Shown: positions 37,197 to 47,268 of the stretch, one piece after another
How positions within the stretch are numbered: position 1 is the stretch's first letter
Layout: each line of letters starts with the position of its first letter
Source: an uncultured delta proteobacterium
GTDB lineage: Bacteria > Desulfobacterota > Binatia > DP-6
Assembly: GCA_963815115.1 (NCBI GenBank)
Contig: CAWFFN010000009.1
Coordinates: 1,872,191-1,936,190 of the forward strand
Direction: 5' to 3'
DNA length: 64,000 nucleotides
The notes under the pieces: model-generated
The model's input: the letters and a program-made list of their open reading frames with translations, nothing else
What the model was told of the DNA's origin: nothing
Databases searched by the model: none
Program-made: the position numbers and the translations under genes

Positions 37197-37634
37197 TCAT
37201 TGCTCTGGGCGGGCGAGAAACTCCGTGAGACCGTCCTGTTCGATCACCTGAGTCACAGACTCCAGGTCCATGACCCATGGCAACGCCGACCTGCACCAGT
37301 ATTGCCGACGCGGCGGCAGCTGAGCTCGCTGTCGTATCGTTCCGAGCCGAAGCACAAAGAAGGGGGGAGCTGCCGGCACCGCGGAGTAGATCGGCGTTCC
37401 GCATTCGGGGCAGAACGCCTGAGCGCGCTCGCGGCCGCTGGCAGCACGTTTGATGTAGACCTTGGGTTCGCCGGTACGTAGCTCGAACAGGTCCTTCGCC
37501 GCCGGCACAAACGTACGAAACGCGCTTCCGGACAACGCTTGGCAATCTGTGCAATGGCAAATCGCCACGGTTCCGGGATCCACGCTCGCCTCGTAGGTGA
37601 TGTAGCCGCAGTGACACGCGCCTTCGATCTTCAT
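37197..37634 (-). CDS. GFA/CENP-V family zinc protein
   Basis: GACHCG, CHCTDCQ, FCPECGTPIY. Confidence 0.92.
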   Translation of the reverse strand: MKIEGACHCGYITYEASVDPGTVAICHCTDCQALSGSAFRTFVPAAKDLFELRTGEPKVYIKRAASGRERAQAFCPECGTPIYSAVPAAPPFFVLRLGTIRQRAQLPPRRQYWCRSALPWVMDLESVTQVIEQDGLTEFLARPEQ

Positions 37635-37698
37635 GGTTGCTCCTGCAGGCATCGTCCGGCGGCCTAACGCCCATCGAAGGCTCGCCGTTACCGTCATC

Positions 37699-38166
37699 TC
37701 ACGGTTGTCCGGCGGTTGACCACGCCCCGATCTCCGAGCGGCCGATGATCACGCTGCCGTTCGCGTTCACCTCCCGGCGCAAGCGCTCGGTCAAGGTTGT
37801 CGCCTCGACCTCCGCGGCCGTGGCGACACCCAGCTGCTCCATCGCCGGCAGCAGACTGCGAATGAGCTCGGTGAAGGCCTCCAACCAATCCATACACCCC
37901 GCGCCGCCGCCGATGCATGTCTGCATTCGCATGGACGGCGCCGGCAGGCCCGCATCGACGAACGCCCGATGCAGCCGAACGCCCATGCCCGTGTCGGGGG
38001 TGCCAGACAGACGGAGCGTCTCGGCGAACCACTGGCGGCAGCGCTCGTAGGTCGGCGCCGGCGGAACCGATCGCGTGTAGTCCCACTCCGGTTCATGGAA
38101 GACGATCGTGCCACCTGGGCGCAGGTGCCGCGCAAGCTTGCGCACCATCGCCGCGGGGTCGGCTTG
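37699..38166 (-). pseudogene. C-terminal remnant of class I SAM methyltransferase
   Basis: ADPAAMVRKLARHLRPGGTIVFHE...LHRAFVDAGLP. The N-terminal GxG SAM-binding half is absent upstream. Confidence 0.7.
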
Positions 38167-38427
38167 AAAAGGTCCCTTTCCTATACACCGGCGAATTCCC
38201 CGAAGTGCCTCGAGTGCGACGAAATTCGGCCGCGGCCGATTCTCCTCGAGCAGCCTACGCCCGCGATCAGCGGCCCGCGAAACAGGGCGCGAAGCCCGCA
38301 GCGAGGCGGTCCGCCGCATCGCGTTGTTGGGCGCCGCATGGCAAGACTGGCATCCGAATTTGGCAGGCGCGGAGGCGCGGTGTGCTGCTGCATTTCGGGC
38401 CGGGCTTTGCCGATTTTCCGGCGTCGC

Positions 38428-38811
38428 TCAGGTGAAATCGTCGGGCGACAGCTCAATTGGCCTGCCGTGCGGCGTGCGGCCGGCGGCGCGGTCCCAGGCG
38501 TCGCGGTAGCGCGCTAGCGTCTCTCCGCTCACGACTCCCTTCTCCGCCACCAGGCGTTCGAGGGTAGCGAGCCAGTGCCGGTAGTAGGTCTCGCCGATAT
38601 CCGGATCGCCGGCAGCCTGCGCACGCTTGATCTCGTCTGCCAGGGTCGCTGCCCACTCGCTCCACGTGAAGAGGCCACGCTGATGCAGAGTCAGCGCCAT
38701 GGCGAAGGCCTGCGCCTCCCACGGCTCGCGGAACACCGGCCCCTGCTCGTCGCGCGGGATGCTGGGGACGGCCTCGGTGGCGCGGCGCGCCGCGGCCGGA
38801 TCGAGCGTCAT
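38428..38811 (-). CDS. nitrile hydratase accessory (activator) protein
   Basis: PVFREPWEAQAFA, YYRHWLATLE, RTPHGRPIEL. Directly after the beta subunit. Confidence 0.92.
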   Translation of the reverse strand: MTLDPAAARRATEAVPSIPRDEQGPVFREPWEAQAFAMALTLHQRGLFTWSEWAATLADEIKRAQAAGDPDIGETYYRHWLATLERLVAEKGVVSGETLARYRDAWDRAAGRTPHGRPIELSPDDFT

Positions 38812-38812
38812 G

Positions 38813-39469
38813 TCAGGTTAGCTCCAGGTACGGCTCGAAGGCCTCGACCGATACCGTAAGGGTCGGGTCGGCATTCGCCCCCCAGAGCTGGCGGCCGTCG
38901 AACACCACGGTGTAGAGCCACTGTGGATTCTCGCCCCCGCCGGTCGTGACGGAGTCAGGGAAAACATGGCAACCGCGGATCGCCTCGATCACCCCTTCAC
39001 GGCCACGCGCGTAGCGCGGCAGGCGCGTGTGGCTCGGCGGGTTGATGTTCTTCGTGCGCACCCGGTCGCCCGGCTTGAACCGGGCCTGCTGGCCGGGCGG
39101 GCGGCTGAAGGAGCCGCGCGTGAACGCGTGGCCGATATCGTTCTTCGTCATGACCCGCTCGACGCGCTTGCCCGGACGGAGGGCGTGGCCTGCGGCGATC
39201 TCATCGGCATCGATCAGCCCTTGCTCGAGGGCGTTGCGCTCCATTCCCAGGGCCCACCGATGATAGTAGGTCGCCGAGAGGTAGACGCCGGCGGGCAGCC
39301 GTTCCTGCGCGTCGCGCGACATGTCGATGTTCCACGCGCGCGTGAACCTCATGGCCCGCTGCATGGCCAGCACGCGCCCCTCCCAGGGGGCGTGGAACGG
39401 GGGCTCGTTCGGGTCGGGCTCGACCTTGCCGAACCCGTGCATGCCCCCCACGTCGTGCACGCCGTTCAC
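38813..39469 (-). CDS. nthB: nitrile hydratase beta subunit
   Basis: [48 protein letters not shown] overlap with alpha. Confidence 0.95.
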   Translation of the reverse strand: MNGVHDVGGMHGFGKVEPDPNEPPFHAPWEGRVLAMQRAMRFTRAWNIDMSRDAQERLPAGVYLSATYYHRWALGMERNALEQGLIDADEIAAGHALRPGKRVERVMTKNDIGHAFTRGSFSRPPGQQARFKPGDRVRTKNINPPSHTRLPRYARGREGVIEAIRGCHVFPDSVTTGGGENPQWLYTVVFDGRQLWGANADPTLTVSVEAFEPYLELT

Positions 39470-40086
39470 GACGAGATCTCCCCGGGCCGCCTGGGCAGAC
39501 CGGTGCCGATCATGCAGTCGCGAGTGACGAGGGAGGCCAGGCGCTCCTCGCTCCAACCCTCGGTGCCGGCCGGGCGCAGCGGCACCACGATGAAGCGGGT
39601 CTCGGCGGTCGAGTCCCACACGCGGATATCGGTGTTCGCCGGCAGCGTGACGCCGAAGTCGGCGAGCACGCCGCGCGGGTCCATGACGGCGCGCGAGCGG
39701 TAGGGCGCCGACTTGTACCAGACCGGGGGCAGGCCGAGCACCTCCCACGGGTAGCAGGAGCACAGCGTGCAGACGACCATGTTATAGCGCCCGGGCGTGT
39801 TCTCGACCGCGATCAGGTGGTCGCCCACGCGTCCGAATACGCCGAGCGCAGCGATCGCCCTCGTCGCATCCGCCAGCAGCGCGACCTTGAACTCGGGATC
39901 GACCCAGGCCCTAGCGATGACGCGAGCCCCGATGTGGGGGCCAGTCTTGGTCTGGTAGTGCTCGACGATGAGGTCGAGGACGGCCGGATCGACGTAGCCC
40001 TTCTCGGTCAGGATGGTCTCCAGGGCGCGCACCCGGAGCTCCGTCTCCGACAGCTCGGAGCCGTGGTCGTAGTCGGCCGTGCTCAT
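39466..40086 (-). CDS. nthA: cobalt-type nitrile hydratase alpha subunit
   Basis: [10 protein letters not shown] metal motif (T/Y form = Co-type), [16 protein letters not shown]. Confidence 0.96.
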   Translation of the reverse strand: MSTADYDHGSELSETELRVRALETILTEKGYVDPAVLDLIVEHYQTKTGPHIGARVIARAWVDPEFKVALLADATRAIAALGVFGRVGDHLIAVENTPGRYNMVVCTLCSCYPWEVLGLPPVWYKSAPYRSRAVMDPRGVLADFGVTLPANTDIRVWDSTAETRFIVVPLRPAGTEGWSEERLASLVTRDCMIGTGLPRRPGEISS

Positions 40087-40290
40087 GGACGAAATCTAGC
40101 TCAGCCGTCCGCCCAAGTGTAGTCGCTCGACTCCGCGATGGTGTCGCCGCTGCCGGATGTGGCAAGTGTGCGTTCCCGACGCATTGCCCGCCAGGCTCAC
40201 CTCCGCTTGGTGATCAGTCGCCGGCGAGCGCGACGGAGGTACCACGACGTGGACGGCGTGCTGCGCGTCCAGGACCTGGTGGTAGAGGTG

Positions 40291-42207
40291 TCACGACGCG
40301 TCCGCGGCCGCTCTCCCGGAACTCTCCCGACGCTGCGCCAGCAGCGAGCGCGTCTTGAAGGCCTCCGGGGTGAGGCCGATGTCCATGGCGCCCGCCTCGA
40401 GCCACACCTGCTCGCCCTGCATCACGCTCGCCGCGACGCGGTTCTTGCCGGCGTCCTCGTTGCTCCAGAGATCGCGGAACAGCCTGCGGACCTTGCGGCT
40501 GGCCGTGCGGCAGAAGAGGTCGGCCAGCTCGAGCGCTCCCTCCGCATCGGGGTCGCGGGCATCGAGCATCTGGCGCGTCCGCGAGATCGTCGCTGCCATC
40601 GCGAAGAGCTCCATCACCACGTCCACGCAGCGGAAGAGGAACCCCTGCTTCCGCTCCATCTTCGCCTGGTAGACGGCCATGCCGTGGAAGCTCTCGCGGG
40701 CGAGCTTGCGGCAGCTCTGCTCGACGAAGCGGAGATGCGGCGCGAGCCGCCCCCAGTCGCGATAGCGCGAGTGTGCGGTGAGCCCCTTCAGCCACAGCGG
40801 GGGGTACCACCGCGCGTAGTGGCCGAGGATGCCGGGGAGCGCGGCCAGCATCTCGCGCCTGCCCTTGCTCGGGTCGATCATCGTCCCCGCGACCTGGAGG
40901 TGCTTGTCGACCGCCTCCCGCGCCATGAAGAGATGCATGATCTCGCTCGAACCCTCGAAGATCAGGTTGATGCGCACGTCTCGCATGACCCGCTCGACGG
41001 GAATCGGGAACTCGCCGCGCGCCGCGAGGGAGCGCTCGGTCTCGTAGCCGCGGCCACCCCGGATCTGCAGGGTGGTGTCGATCATCTCCCAGGCGCGGAC
41101 GGTGTTCCACTCCTTGGCCGCCGCGGCCTCGAGCCGGATGTCGTAGCCGCCGCGATCCGCCATCGCGCTCGCGAGCTTCGAGACCGAGTCCATCGCGAAG
41201 GTGGTCGCGGCCATGTCGGCGATGTGGTGCGCGATGGCCTCGTGCTTCCAGATCGGCACGCCCCACTGCTTGCGCTCGTTCGACCAGCCGCGGCAGATCT
41301 CGAGACACTGCTTGGCGACGCCGGCGCACGTGGCGGGCAGGGTCAGACGTCCCGTGTTGAGCGTGACGAGCGCGATCTTGAGGCCCTTGCCCTCCTCGCC
41401 GATCAGGTTCATGCGCGGCACGCGCACGTCCTGGAAGCTGATGACGCCATTGGCGAGCGCCTTGAGACCCATGAAGCGGCAGCGGTGCTCGACCTTCACG
41501 CCCGGCCAGTCGGTCTCAACGACGAAGCAGCTGATCTTCTTCGTCTTGGGGTCGCGCGCCATCACGACGAGCAGCTCGGCCAACGTGCCGTTCGTGCACC
41601 AGAGCTTCTCACCGTTCAGGACGAAGGTGTCCCCGTCGCGTTCCGCGGTGGTCGAGAGGCTCGCGGGATCCGAGCCGACGTGCGGCTCGGTGAGTGCGAA
41701 CGCCGAGATGGCACCCGCCGCGCAACGCGGCAGGTACTTCCGTTTCTGCGCGTCGGTGCCGAAGAGCTTGAGCGGCTGGGGGACGCCGATCGACTGGTGC
41801 GCGGAGAGCAGCGCGCTGATGTTCGAATCGTAGCTCCCCACCATCTGCATGATGGTCGTGTACTCGCTCACGCTGAACCCGAGGCCGCCGTACTCCCTGG
41901 GGATCTTGATCCCGAAGGCGCCGAGCCGACGGAGGCCGTCCACGACCTCCGAGGGGTACTCGCCGGTCTCATCGATCGCGACGGGGTCGACCTTCTCCCG
42001 GAGGAATCGCCGGAGCTCGTCGTAGAACGTCCTGAACTCGGGCCGCTCTTCCGCGGTCGCCGGGAAGGGATGGACGTGGTCGAGGAGGAAGTTCCCGAGG
42101 AACAGCTCGCGGAGAAACGTTCGCCCCGACCACTCCTTCTCGCGGGACTCCTCCGCGATCTTGCGGGATTCCTGCTCGCTGGTGGCTCGTGCCTCGGCGG
42201 TAGTCAC
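40291..42207 (-). CDS. acyl-CoA dehydrogenase (long, VLCAD/FadE10-like)
   Basis: SAHQSIG, FALTEPHVGSD, LNGEKLWCTNG, QIRGGRGYE, IFEGSSEI. RBS gaggagg before GTG. Confidence 0.93.
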   Translation of the reverse strand: MTTAEARATSEQESRKIAEESREKEWSGRTFLRELFLGNFLLDHVHPFPATAEERPEFRTFYDELRRFLREKVDPVAIDETGEYPSEVVDGLRRLGAFGIKIPREYGGLGFSVSEYTTIMQMVGSYDSNISALLSAHQSIGVPQPLKLFGTDAQKRKYLPRCAAGAISAFALTEPHVGSDPASLSTTAERDGDTFVLNGEKLWCTNGTLAELLVVMARDPKTKKISCFVVETDWPGVKVEHRCRFMGLKALANGVISFQDVRVPRMNLIGEEGKGLKIALVTLNTGRLTLPATCAGVAKQCLEICRGWSNERKQWGVPIWKHEAIAHHIADMAATTFAMDSVSKLASAMADRGGYDIRLEAAAAKEWNTVRAWEMIDTTLQIRGGRGYETERSLAARGEFPIPVERVMRDVRINLIFEGSSEIMHLFMAREAVDKHLQVAGTMIDPSKGRREMLAALPGILGHYARWYPPLWLKGLTAHSRYRDWGRLAPHLRFVEQSCRKLARESFHGMAVYQAKMERKQGFLFRCVDVVMELFAMAATISRTRQMLDARDPDAEGALELADLFCRTASRKVRRLFRDLWSNEDAGKNRVAASVMQGEQVWLEAGAMDIGLTPEAFKTRSLLAQRRESSGRAAADAS

Positions 42208-42476
42208 GGCGGGTACCTCCTCGTCGGGTTTCGGCTGGTCGTCGCGTCGGTCCGGCGCCGGCATCTTAGCGTCACTGCCACGCGCGAGGGTACCGTGCCC
42301 CAGCGGCTCTTTCGTAGCCCACAAGCATTGCTCCTTCGGCGTCTCCCACGCCCACCATCCGAGAGGTCCAGACGTCGCGTGTTCTGCAGGCGCTCCCCGG
42401 CGAGCGCGCGCTGGAAGAGCTCGTCCGGCGCCTCCGACGGCGCTGCGGTCGGGGGAGGCACGCGGACCCGGGCGCC

Positions 42477-43976
42477 TCAGCCCGTCCGGGCGCGCGCTGC
42501 CGCCGCGCCGGTACGCGCGGCGCGGACCGGCCGCCGTGACGCACCCGCCGATTCGGCCGCAGTCGTCTCGGCGGCGGCGGCGCGCAGCTCCTGGAAGGCG
42601 GCCTCGGTCGCCTTCACCACCTCGTGCAGATCGGGGATCAGGTCCCAGTCGGCGGTGAAGCCCCAGCAGAGCTTGCCGGCATAGCTGAACAGCACGATGC
42701 CGAGACCGAGATAGTCGGTCAGCGGCACCTGGCCGAAGTTGTCGAGCATGCGCGCACCGAGCATGTAGAGTGGCACCTGCGGACCTGGGACGTTCGTCAC
42801 CACGAGGTTGAACGGCAGGCGGCGCGTCACCATGCGCGCCCCGAGCGACAGCAGCGTGGACGGGGTCCACGACATCACCTGCGTGAGCATCTCGGCGCCG
42901 AGCGCCTGCTTGCTCTCCTTCAGACGCGTCGTGGCCTCGCGGATCGCCTCCAGACGGCGGCGCGGGTCGCGCTCGGCGATGGGCAGGTCGACCACCCACG
43001 CCGACACGCGGTTCCCCATCGTGCCCCGTTCCTCGCTGGTGCGTACGCTCACCGGCGCCATGACGCGGAAGTCGAGACCCTCGACGTTCACGCGGCGATC
43101 CTCCAGGAAGCGCTGTATCGCGCCCGTCACGGTGGTGAGCACGATGTCGTTCAGCGTGCCGCCGAGGCGGTTCTTGACCTCCTTCACCTCGTCGAGGCTC
43201 ATCTCCAGCCAGTCGAGGCGGCGGTGCGTGCCGATCGGCTGGTTGAGCGGCGTGTCCGACACCGTGCGCAGGCCGGACCACACCGTGTCGCGCACCGCGC
43301 GCAGCATCGCCCGGATATCGGACCGTGGATCCTGCGCGCGCCTGATCGACTGGCGGAGCGTCGACAGGGTCTCGAGCGGCAGCGAGGCGCGGCGGACCGT
43401 CTCGGCGCGCAGCAGCTCCCACGTCGTCGGCACCGGGCGCGGAATCCAGCGCGGCGTGGGGTCGATGGTGTTCGTGGACTCGGGCGTGAGCAGCACCTCG
43501 AGCAGGTCGACGCTCGACATGCCGTCGACCATGCAGTGGTGGATCTTCGTGATGATGGCGAAGCGGTCGCTGCCCTCGAGCCCCTCGACGACCCACATCT
43601 CCCACAGCGGCTTCGAGCGGTCGAGCTGCTGCGACATGACGCGGCCCGAGAGGCGCTTCAGCTGCCGCACGTCGCCGGGCCGCGGCAGCGCCGTATGGCG
43701 CACGTGGTACGCGATGTTGAAGTGCTGGTCGTCCACCCACACCGGGTGGCCCTCGATCGGCGTGAAGGCCAGCACTTGGCGGTACCGCGGGATGGCATGC
43801 AGCCGCGACGAGACGTAGTCCCGGATGCGCTCGATGTCGATGCCGCCATCGGCGCAGCGAAGCGGACCCGCCTCGTACGTGGCGGTGCCCGCGACGTGCA
43901 TGTGGTTGGTGGTGCTCTCGGCGATGAGGAACGTGCTGTCGAGGAAGCTCAACCGGTCGAAGGCGGGCCTGGCCAT
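42477..43976 (-). CDS. wax ester synthase/diacylglycerol acyltransferase
   Basis: RLSFLDSTFL, LDRSKPLWE, HHCMVDG, TLND, TNVPGP. Confidence 0.95.
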   Translation of the reverse strand: MARPAFDRLSFLDSTFLIAESTTNHMHVAGTATYEAGPLRCADGGIDIERIRDYVSSRLHAIPRYRQVLAFTPIEGHPVWVDDQHFNIAYHVRHTALPRPGDVRQLKRLSGRVMSQQLDRSKPLWEMWVVEGLEGSDRFAIITKIHHCMVDGMSSVDLLEVLLTPESTNTIDPTPRWIPRPVPTTWELLRAETVRRASLPLETLSTLRQSIRRAQDPRSDIRAMLRAVRDTVWSGLRTVSDTPLNQPIGTHRRLDWLEMSLDEVKEVKNRLGGTLNDIVLTTVTGAIQRFLEDRRVNVEGLDFRVMAPVSVRTSEERGTMGNRVSAWVVDLPIAERDPRRRLEAIREATTRLKESKQALGAEMLTQVMSWTPSTLLSLGARMVTRRLPFNLVVTNVPGPQVPLYMLGARMLDNFGQVPLTDYLGLGIVLFSYAGKLCWGFTADWDLIPDLHEVVKATEAAFQELRAAAAETTAAESAGASRRPVRAARTGAAAARARTG

Positions 43977-44042
43977 CGTCGTCCCCTCCTCTGCGGAGAG
44001 CCGTACACCCGGACGCTGGCGCCTGTAAACGGCGAGGGCCGG

Positions 44043-44792
44043 TCAGCCGGCGCGGGCCGCGAACAGCGGCCAGCGGTGCCAGCTCCCGGCCACGAAGGGC
44101 CGCCACGCGCCCTCGGGCTGGGCCAGCCGGTCGGCGATGACGAGGAGCGCGGCGGGATGGTGCCCGAGCCCGCAATGGCTCGACCACACCTCGACGTTCT
44201 CGCTCCGCGGCCCCGGCGTGTCGAGGCAGCTCTGCCACGCCACCACGCCGTCGCTACGGCTATAGATGGACGTCGCGGGCACCGGGATCGGACTGGCGAG
44301 GGACCGCCCCGCGTCGTGCGAGCCGCCGTGCAACGCGCGATAGAGGCGCGCCGGTATGGTGGCCGACGGGTCGGCGAAGGGGCTGCCGAGCGTGATCACC
44401 TGCCGGACGTCGTCGGGGAAGCGTCGCGCCATCTCGCGCGCGTAGATTCCCCCGAGGCTCCAGCCGATGATGCTGACACGCCGGTCGTGTCGCGTGCGCA
44501 GCGCGTGGAACCGCTTCCCCATACCCGAGACGATCGCCTCGGTGGCGCCGACGTTGCGCCCGAGTTGCCATCCGTGGACGTGGTAGCCGCGGCGGCGGAG
44601 AAACCAGCGCAGCATGCGGGTGGAGACGTCGCCGGCGAGGAAGCCGGGGAGGACGAGCACCGGGTGCCCGTCGCCGGCGGGCGCGCGATCGAGGACCGGC
44701 AGCGCGGGCAGGACGCTCGCCAGCTCGAGCAAGGCGCGGCCCTCGAGGGCGGTGAGGAAGGGCGACGGCGGTGCGAGGACGGCATCGGACAT
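44043..44792 (-). CDS. alpha/beta hydrolase (lipase/esterase)
   Basis: PVLVLPGF, GWSLGG, ITLGSP, SDGVV, SHCGL. Confidence 0.88.
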   Translation of the reverse strand: MSDAVLAPPSPFLTALEGRALLELASVLPALPVLDRAPAGDGHPVLVLPGFLAGDVSTRMLRWFLRRRGYHVHGWQLGRNVGATEAIVSGMGKRFHALRTRHDRRVSIIGWSLGGIYAREMARRFPDDVRQVITLGSPFADPSATIPARLYRALHGGSHDAGRSLASPIPVPATSIYSRSDGVVAWQSCLDTPGPRSENVEVWSSHCGLGHHPAALLVIADRLAQPEGAWRPFVAGSWHRWPLFAARAG

Positions 44793-45118
44793 CAGGCCGG
44801 CATCCACCACCGGCTCATGTCGAGCGCATTCGGGATGCTCGGCATGCGCTCGATCCGGCAGGCCGCCATGTCGGGCACCAGCACATCCCGCCCCAAGTAC
44901 AATGGAGAAGAGACTCGAGGCAAGGCGAAGGCCCGAGCTACTCCACGGCATCCGCTGCGCGTGCTAGACGGTGCCAGACGTGCGGTCGTACTACCGCATC
45001 AGCCCCGATGACCGCCTCGTCAGACGGTCGCTCGCGGTGCGCACGATACTCGCCTATCTGCGGATGGAGGACTGGTGGCACGAGCGCAGGCTGCCGCGGC
45101 CCAACGGGAGGACACACC

Positions 45119-45919
45119 ATGGCTGAACGGTTGAAGAACAAGGTGGCCATCGTCGTCGGCGCCGGCTGCACGCCGGGCGAGACGATCGGCAACGGCCGCG
45201 CGACGGCGATCCTCTTCGCCCGCGAGGGGGCGCCGGTCCTGCTGGTGGATCGCGACTGCGACTCCGCTGCGGAGACCAAGCGCGCCATCGACGCCGAGGG
45301 CGGCGAGTCCTCCGTCGTCGAGGCCGACGTGACCCACGCCGACGCCTGCGCGCGCGTCGCCGACGAGTGCCTGCGCCGCTACGGCCGGATCGACGTCCTG
45401 CACAACAACGTCGGCATCGGCGTCCTCGGCGGTGCCGTCGAGCTCGTCGAGGCCGACTGGGATCGCGTCCTCGACACGAATCTCAAATCGATGTTCCTGA
45501 CCTGCAAGCACGTCCTGCCGCAGATGGAGCGGCAGGGTGGCGGCGCGATCATCAACGTCTCGTCGCTCGCCGCCGAGCGGGCGGCCGCGGCCTACCCGCT
45601 GCTCGCCTACGCCGCGTCCAAGGGCGCCGTGAACGCCCTCACCCGCTCGATCGCGATGCAGTACGCGGTGAAGGGCATTCGCGTGAACGCCATCATGCCG
45701 GGCCTCATCAAGACGCCGATGGCGGTCGACGAGCCTGCGAGGCGATACGGGCTCGACCGGGAGGCGTTCATCCGGATGCGAGACGAGGCTGTGCCGATGC
45801 GGCGCATGGGCGAGGCATGGGACGTGGCCTGGGCGGCGGTCTTTCTGGCCTCGGACGAGGCGCGGTACATCACCGGCGTCGTGCTCCCCGTGGATGGCGG
45901 GCTTTCCTGCAAGGGCTAG
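45119..45919 (+). CDS. SDR family oxidoreductase
   Basis: KVAIVVGAG..GNGRA, HNNVG, YAASK, PGLIKTP. Confidence 0.93.
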   Translation: MAERLKNKVAIVVGAGCTPGETIGNGRATAILFAREGAPVLLVDRDCDSAAETKRAIDAEGGESSVVEADVTHADACARVADECLRRYGRIDVLHNNVGIGVLGGAVELVEADWDRVLDTNLKSMFLTCKHVLPQMERQGGGAIINVSSLAAERAAAAYPLLAYAASKGAVNALTRSIAMQYAVKGIRVNAIMPGLIKTPMAVDEPARRYGLDREAFIRMRDEAVPMRRMGEAWDVAWAAVFLASDEARYITGVVLPVDGGLSCKG

Positions 45920-46003
45920 GGCACTTGCCGTTCATCCCGCCGTCTACGGAGGGCGGGTGCGCGGCGGGCGTGGTAGGTTCCACGGGTCGCTGGAGGATAG
46001 GCA

Positions 46004-47143
46004 ATGAGGATTACCGATGTCCGTCCGGTCTTGCTGACGCATCCGTACGGCATGGGGCTGGAGGGCAGGCGCAGTGCCTGCTTCGTCGAGGTGGAGACCG
46101 ACGTCGGAGTCACCGGCGTGGGCGAGACGTACGCTGGCGTATACGTCCCCGAGGTCGCCGCGGCGATCGTCGAGCTGTTCAAGCCGCTGATCGTGGGGCA
46201 GGACCCGACCAGCCCCGACACGGTCTACCGCACGGCCTACCGGGCGACGAGCTACTTTGGTCGCACGGGTCTCACCGTGATGGTCTTGAGCGGGATCGAG
46301 AACGCCCTCTGGGACATCGCCGGCCAGACCCACGGAGTGCCCGTCCATGTACTGCTCGGAGGCGCCGTGCATGGCGAGCTGCCGGTCTACGGGAGCGGCG
46401 GACCGTTTACCATGAGCATTCCCGAGCTGGTCGCCCAGGCAGCCGACACCAGATGCCGCGGCCTTCGCGGATTCAAGCTGCGCATCAACTTCTTCCGTTA
46501 CCAACCCGAGGTGGAGGCCGAGCGTGTGGCAGCCGTGCGTGAGGCACTTGGCCGTGACATGGGCCTCGCCATCGACGCCGTCCAGAACTACAACCAGAAG
46601 CCGTGGTCCGTGAAGGAGGCCGCGCGCATGCTGCGCATGCTGGAGCCGTCCGACCTGGCATGGGCCGAGGAGATGCTACCACCCTTCGATCCCCTGCCGT
46701 ACGCCGAACTGCGGCGTGCGACCGCAACACCGATCTCGGGCGGAGAGGGCATCACCACGGCGGCACAGTTCGAGCAGTGGCTTCGGGCCGGCGCCTTCGA
46801 CCTGGCACAGCCCGACGCGACGATCATCGGAGGCATCGGAGAGGCGCGTCGGGCGTGCGAGGCCGCTGCCGCGCGCGGCATTCCGGTGGCGGTTCACGTC
46901 TGGGGATCGGCGCCCACGCTCGCCGCCAACATCCATGTGGCCTTCGCCACGCCCAACTGCGCGTGGGTCGAGCACCCGGTTCTCGGCAACCCGCTCGAGT
47001 CCGAGCTGTTCGTCGAGCCCCTCGTCATTCGCGGGGGCTACGTACAGCCGCCCATGGCTCCGGGACTCGGCATCCGCCTGACGGCGGAGCTCCGCGAGAA
47101 GTATCGGTTCGTGCCGGGCAGCGGCAGCGTGTTCGGCGTGTGA
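46004..47143 (+). CDS. mandelate racemase/muconate lactonizing enzyme family
   Basis: VETDVGVTGVGE, ALWDIAG, FKLR, AIDA, WAEE, GGEG, QPD. Confidence 0.9.
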   Translation: MRITDVRPVLLTHPYGMGLEGRRSACFVEVETDVGVTGVGETYAGVYVPEVAAAIVELFKPLIVGQDPTSPDTVYRTAYRATSYFGRTGLTVMVLSGIENALWDIAGQTHGVPVHVLLGGAVHGELPVYGSGGPFTMSIPELVAQAADTRCRGLRGFKLRINFFRYQPEVEAERVAAVREALGRDMGLAIDAVQNYNQKPWSVKEAARMLRMLEPSDLAWAEEMLPPFDPLPYAELRRATATPISGGEGITTAAQFEQWLRAGAFDLAQPDATIIGGIGEARRACEAAAARGIPVAVHVWGSAPTLAANIHVAFATPNCAWVEHPVLGNPLESELFVEPLVIRGGYVQPPMAPGLGIRLTAELREKYRFVPGSGSVFGV

Positions 47144-47268
47144 TCCCCTCGGCCGTGCACCGACGACCTCGTTCCCGCTCCCCGTGGCAGGCGGCCGACC
47201 CGGACGCCGTCACGGGCAACCGCATCAAGGATGATTTGCAAGAGCCGACCTGCTAGACGCCGCGTCGA

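Noticed and set aside
38345-38366. Sigma-54 promoter (tggcatccgaatttggca)
   Set aside because: GG-to-GC spacing does not match -24/-12, and no gene starts downstream on that strand.
40291-44238. Apparent 1315-aa fusion ending in acyl-CoA dehydrogenase
   Set aside because: The N-terminal 677 codons are an off-frame read of the WS/DGAT gene. A clear RBS and GTG at 42207 give the real start.
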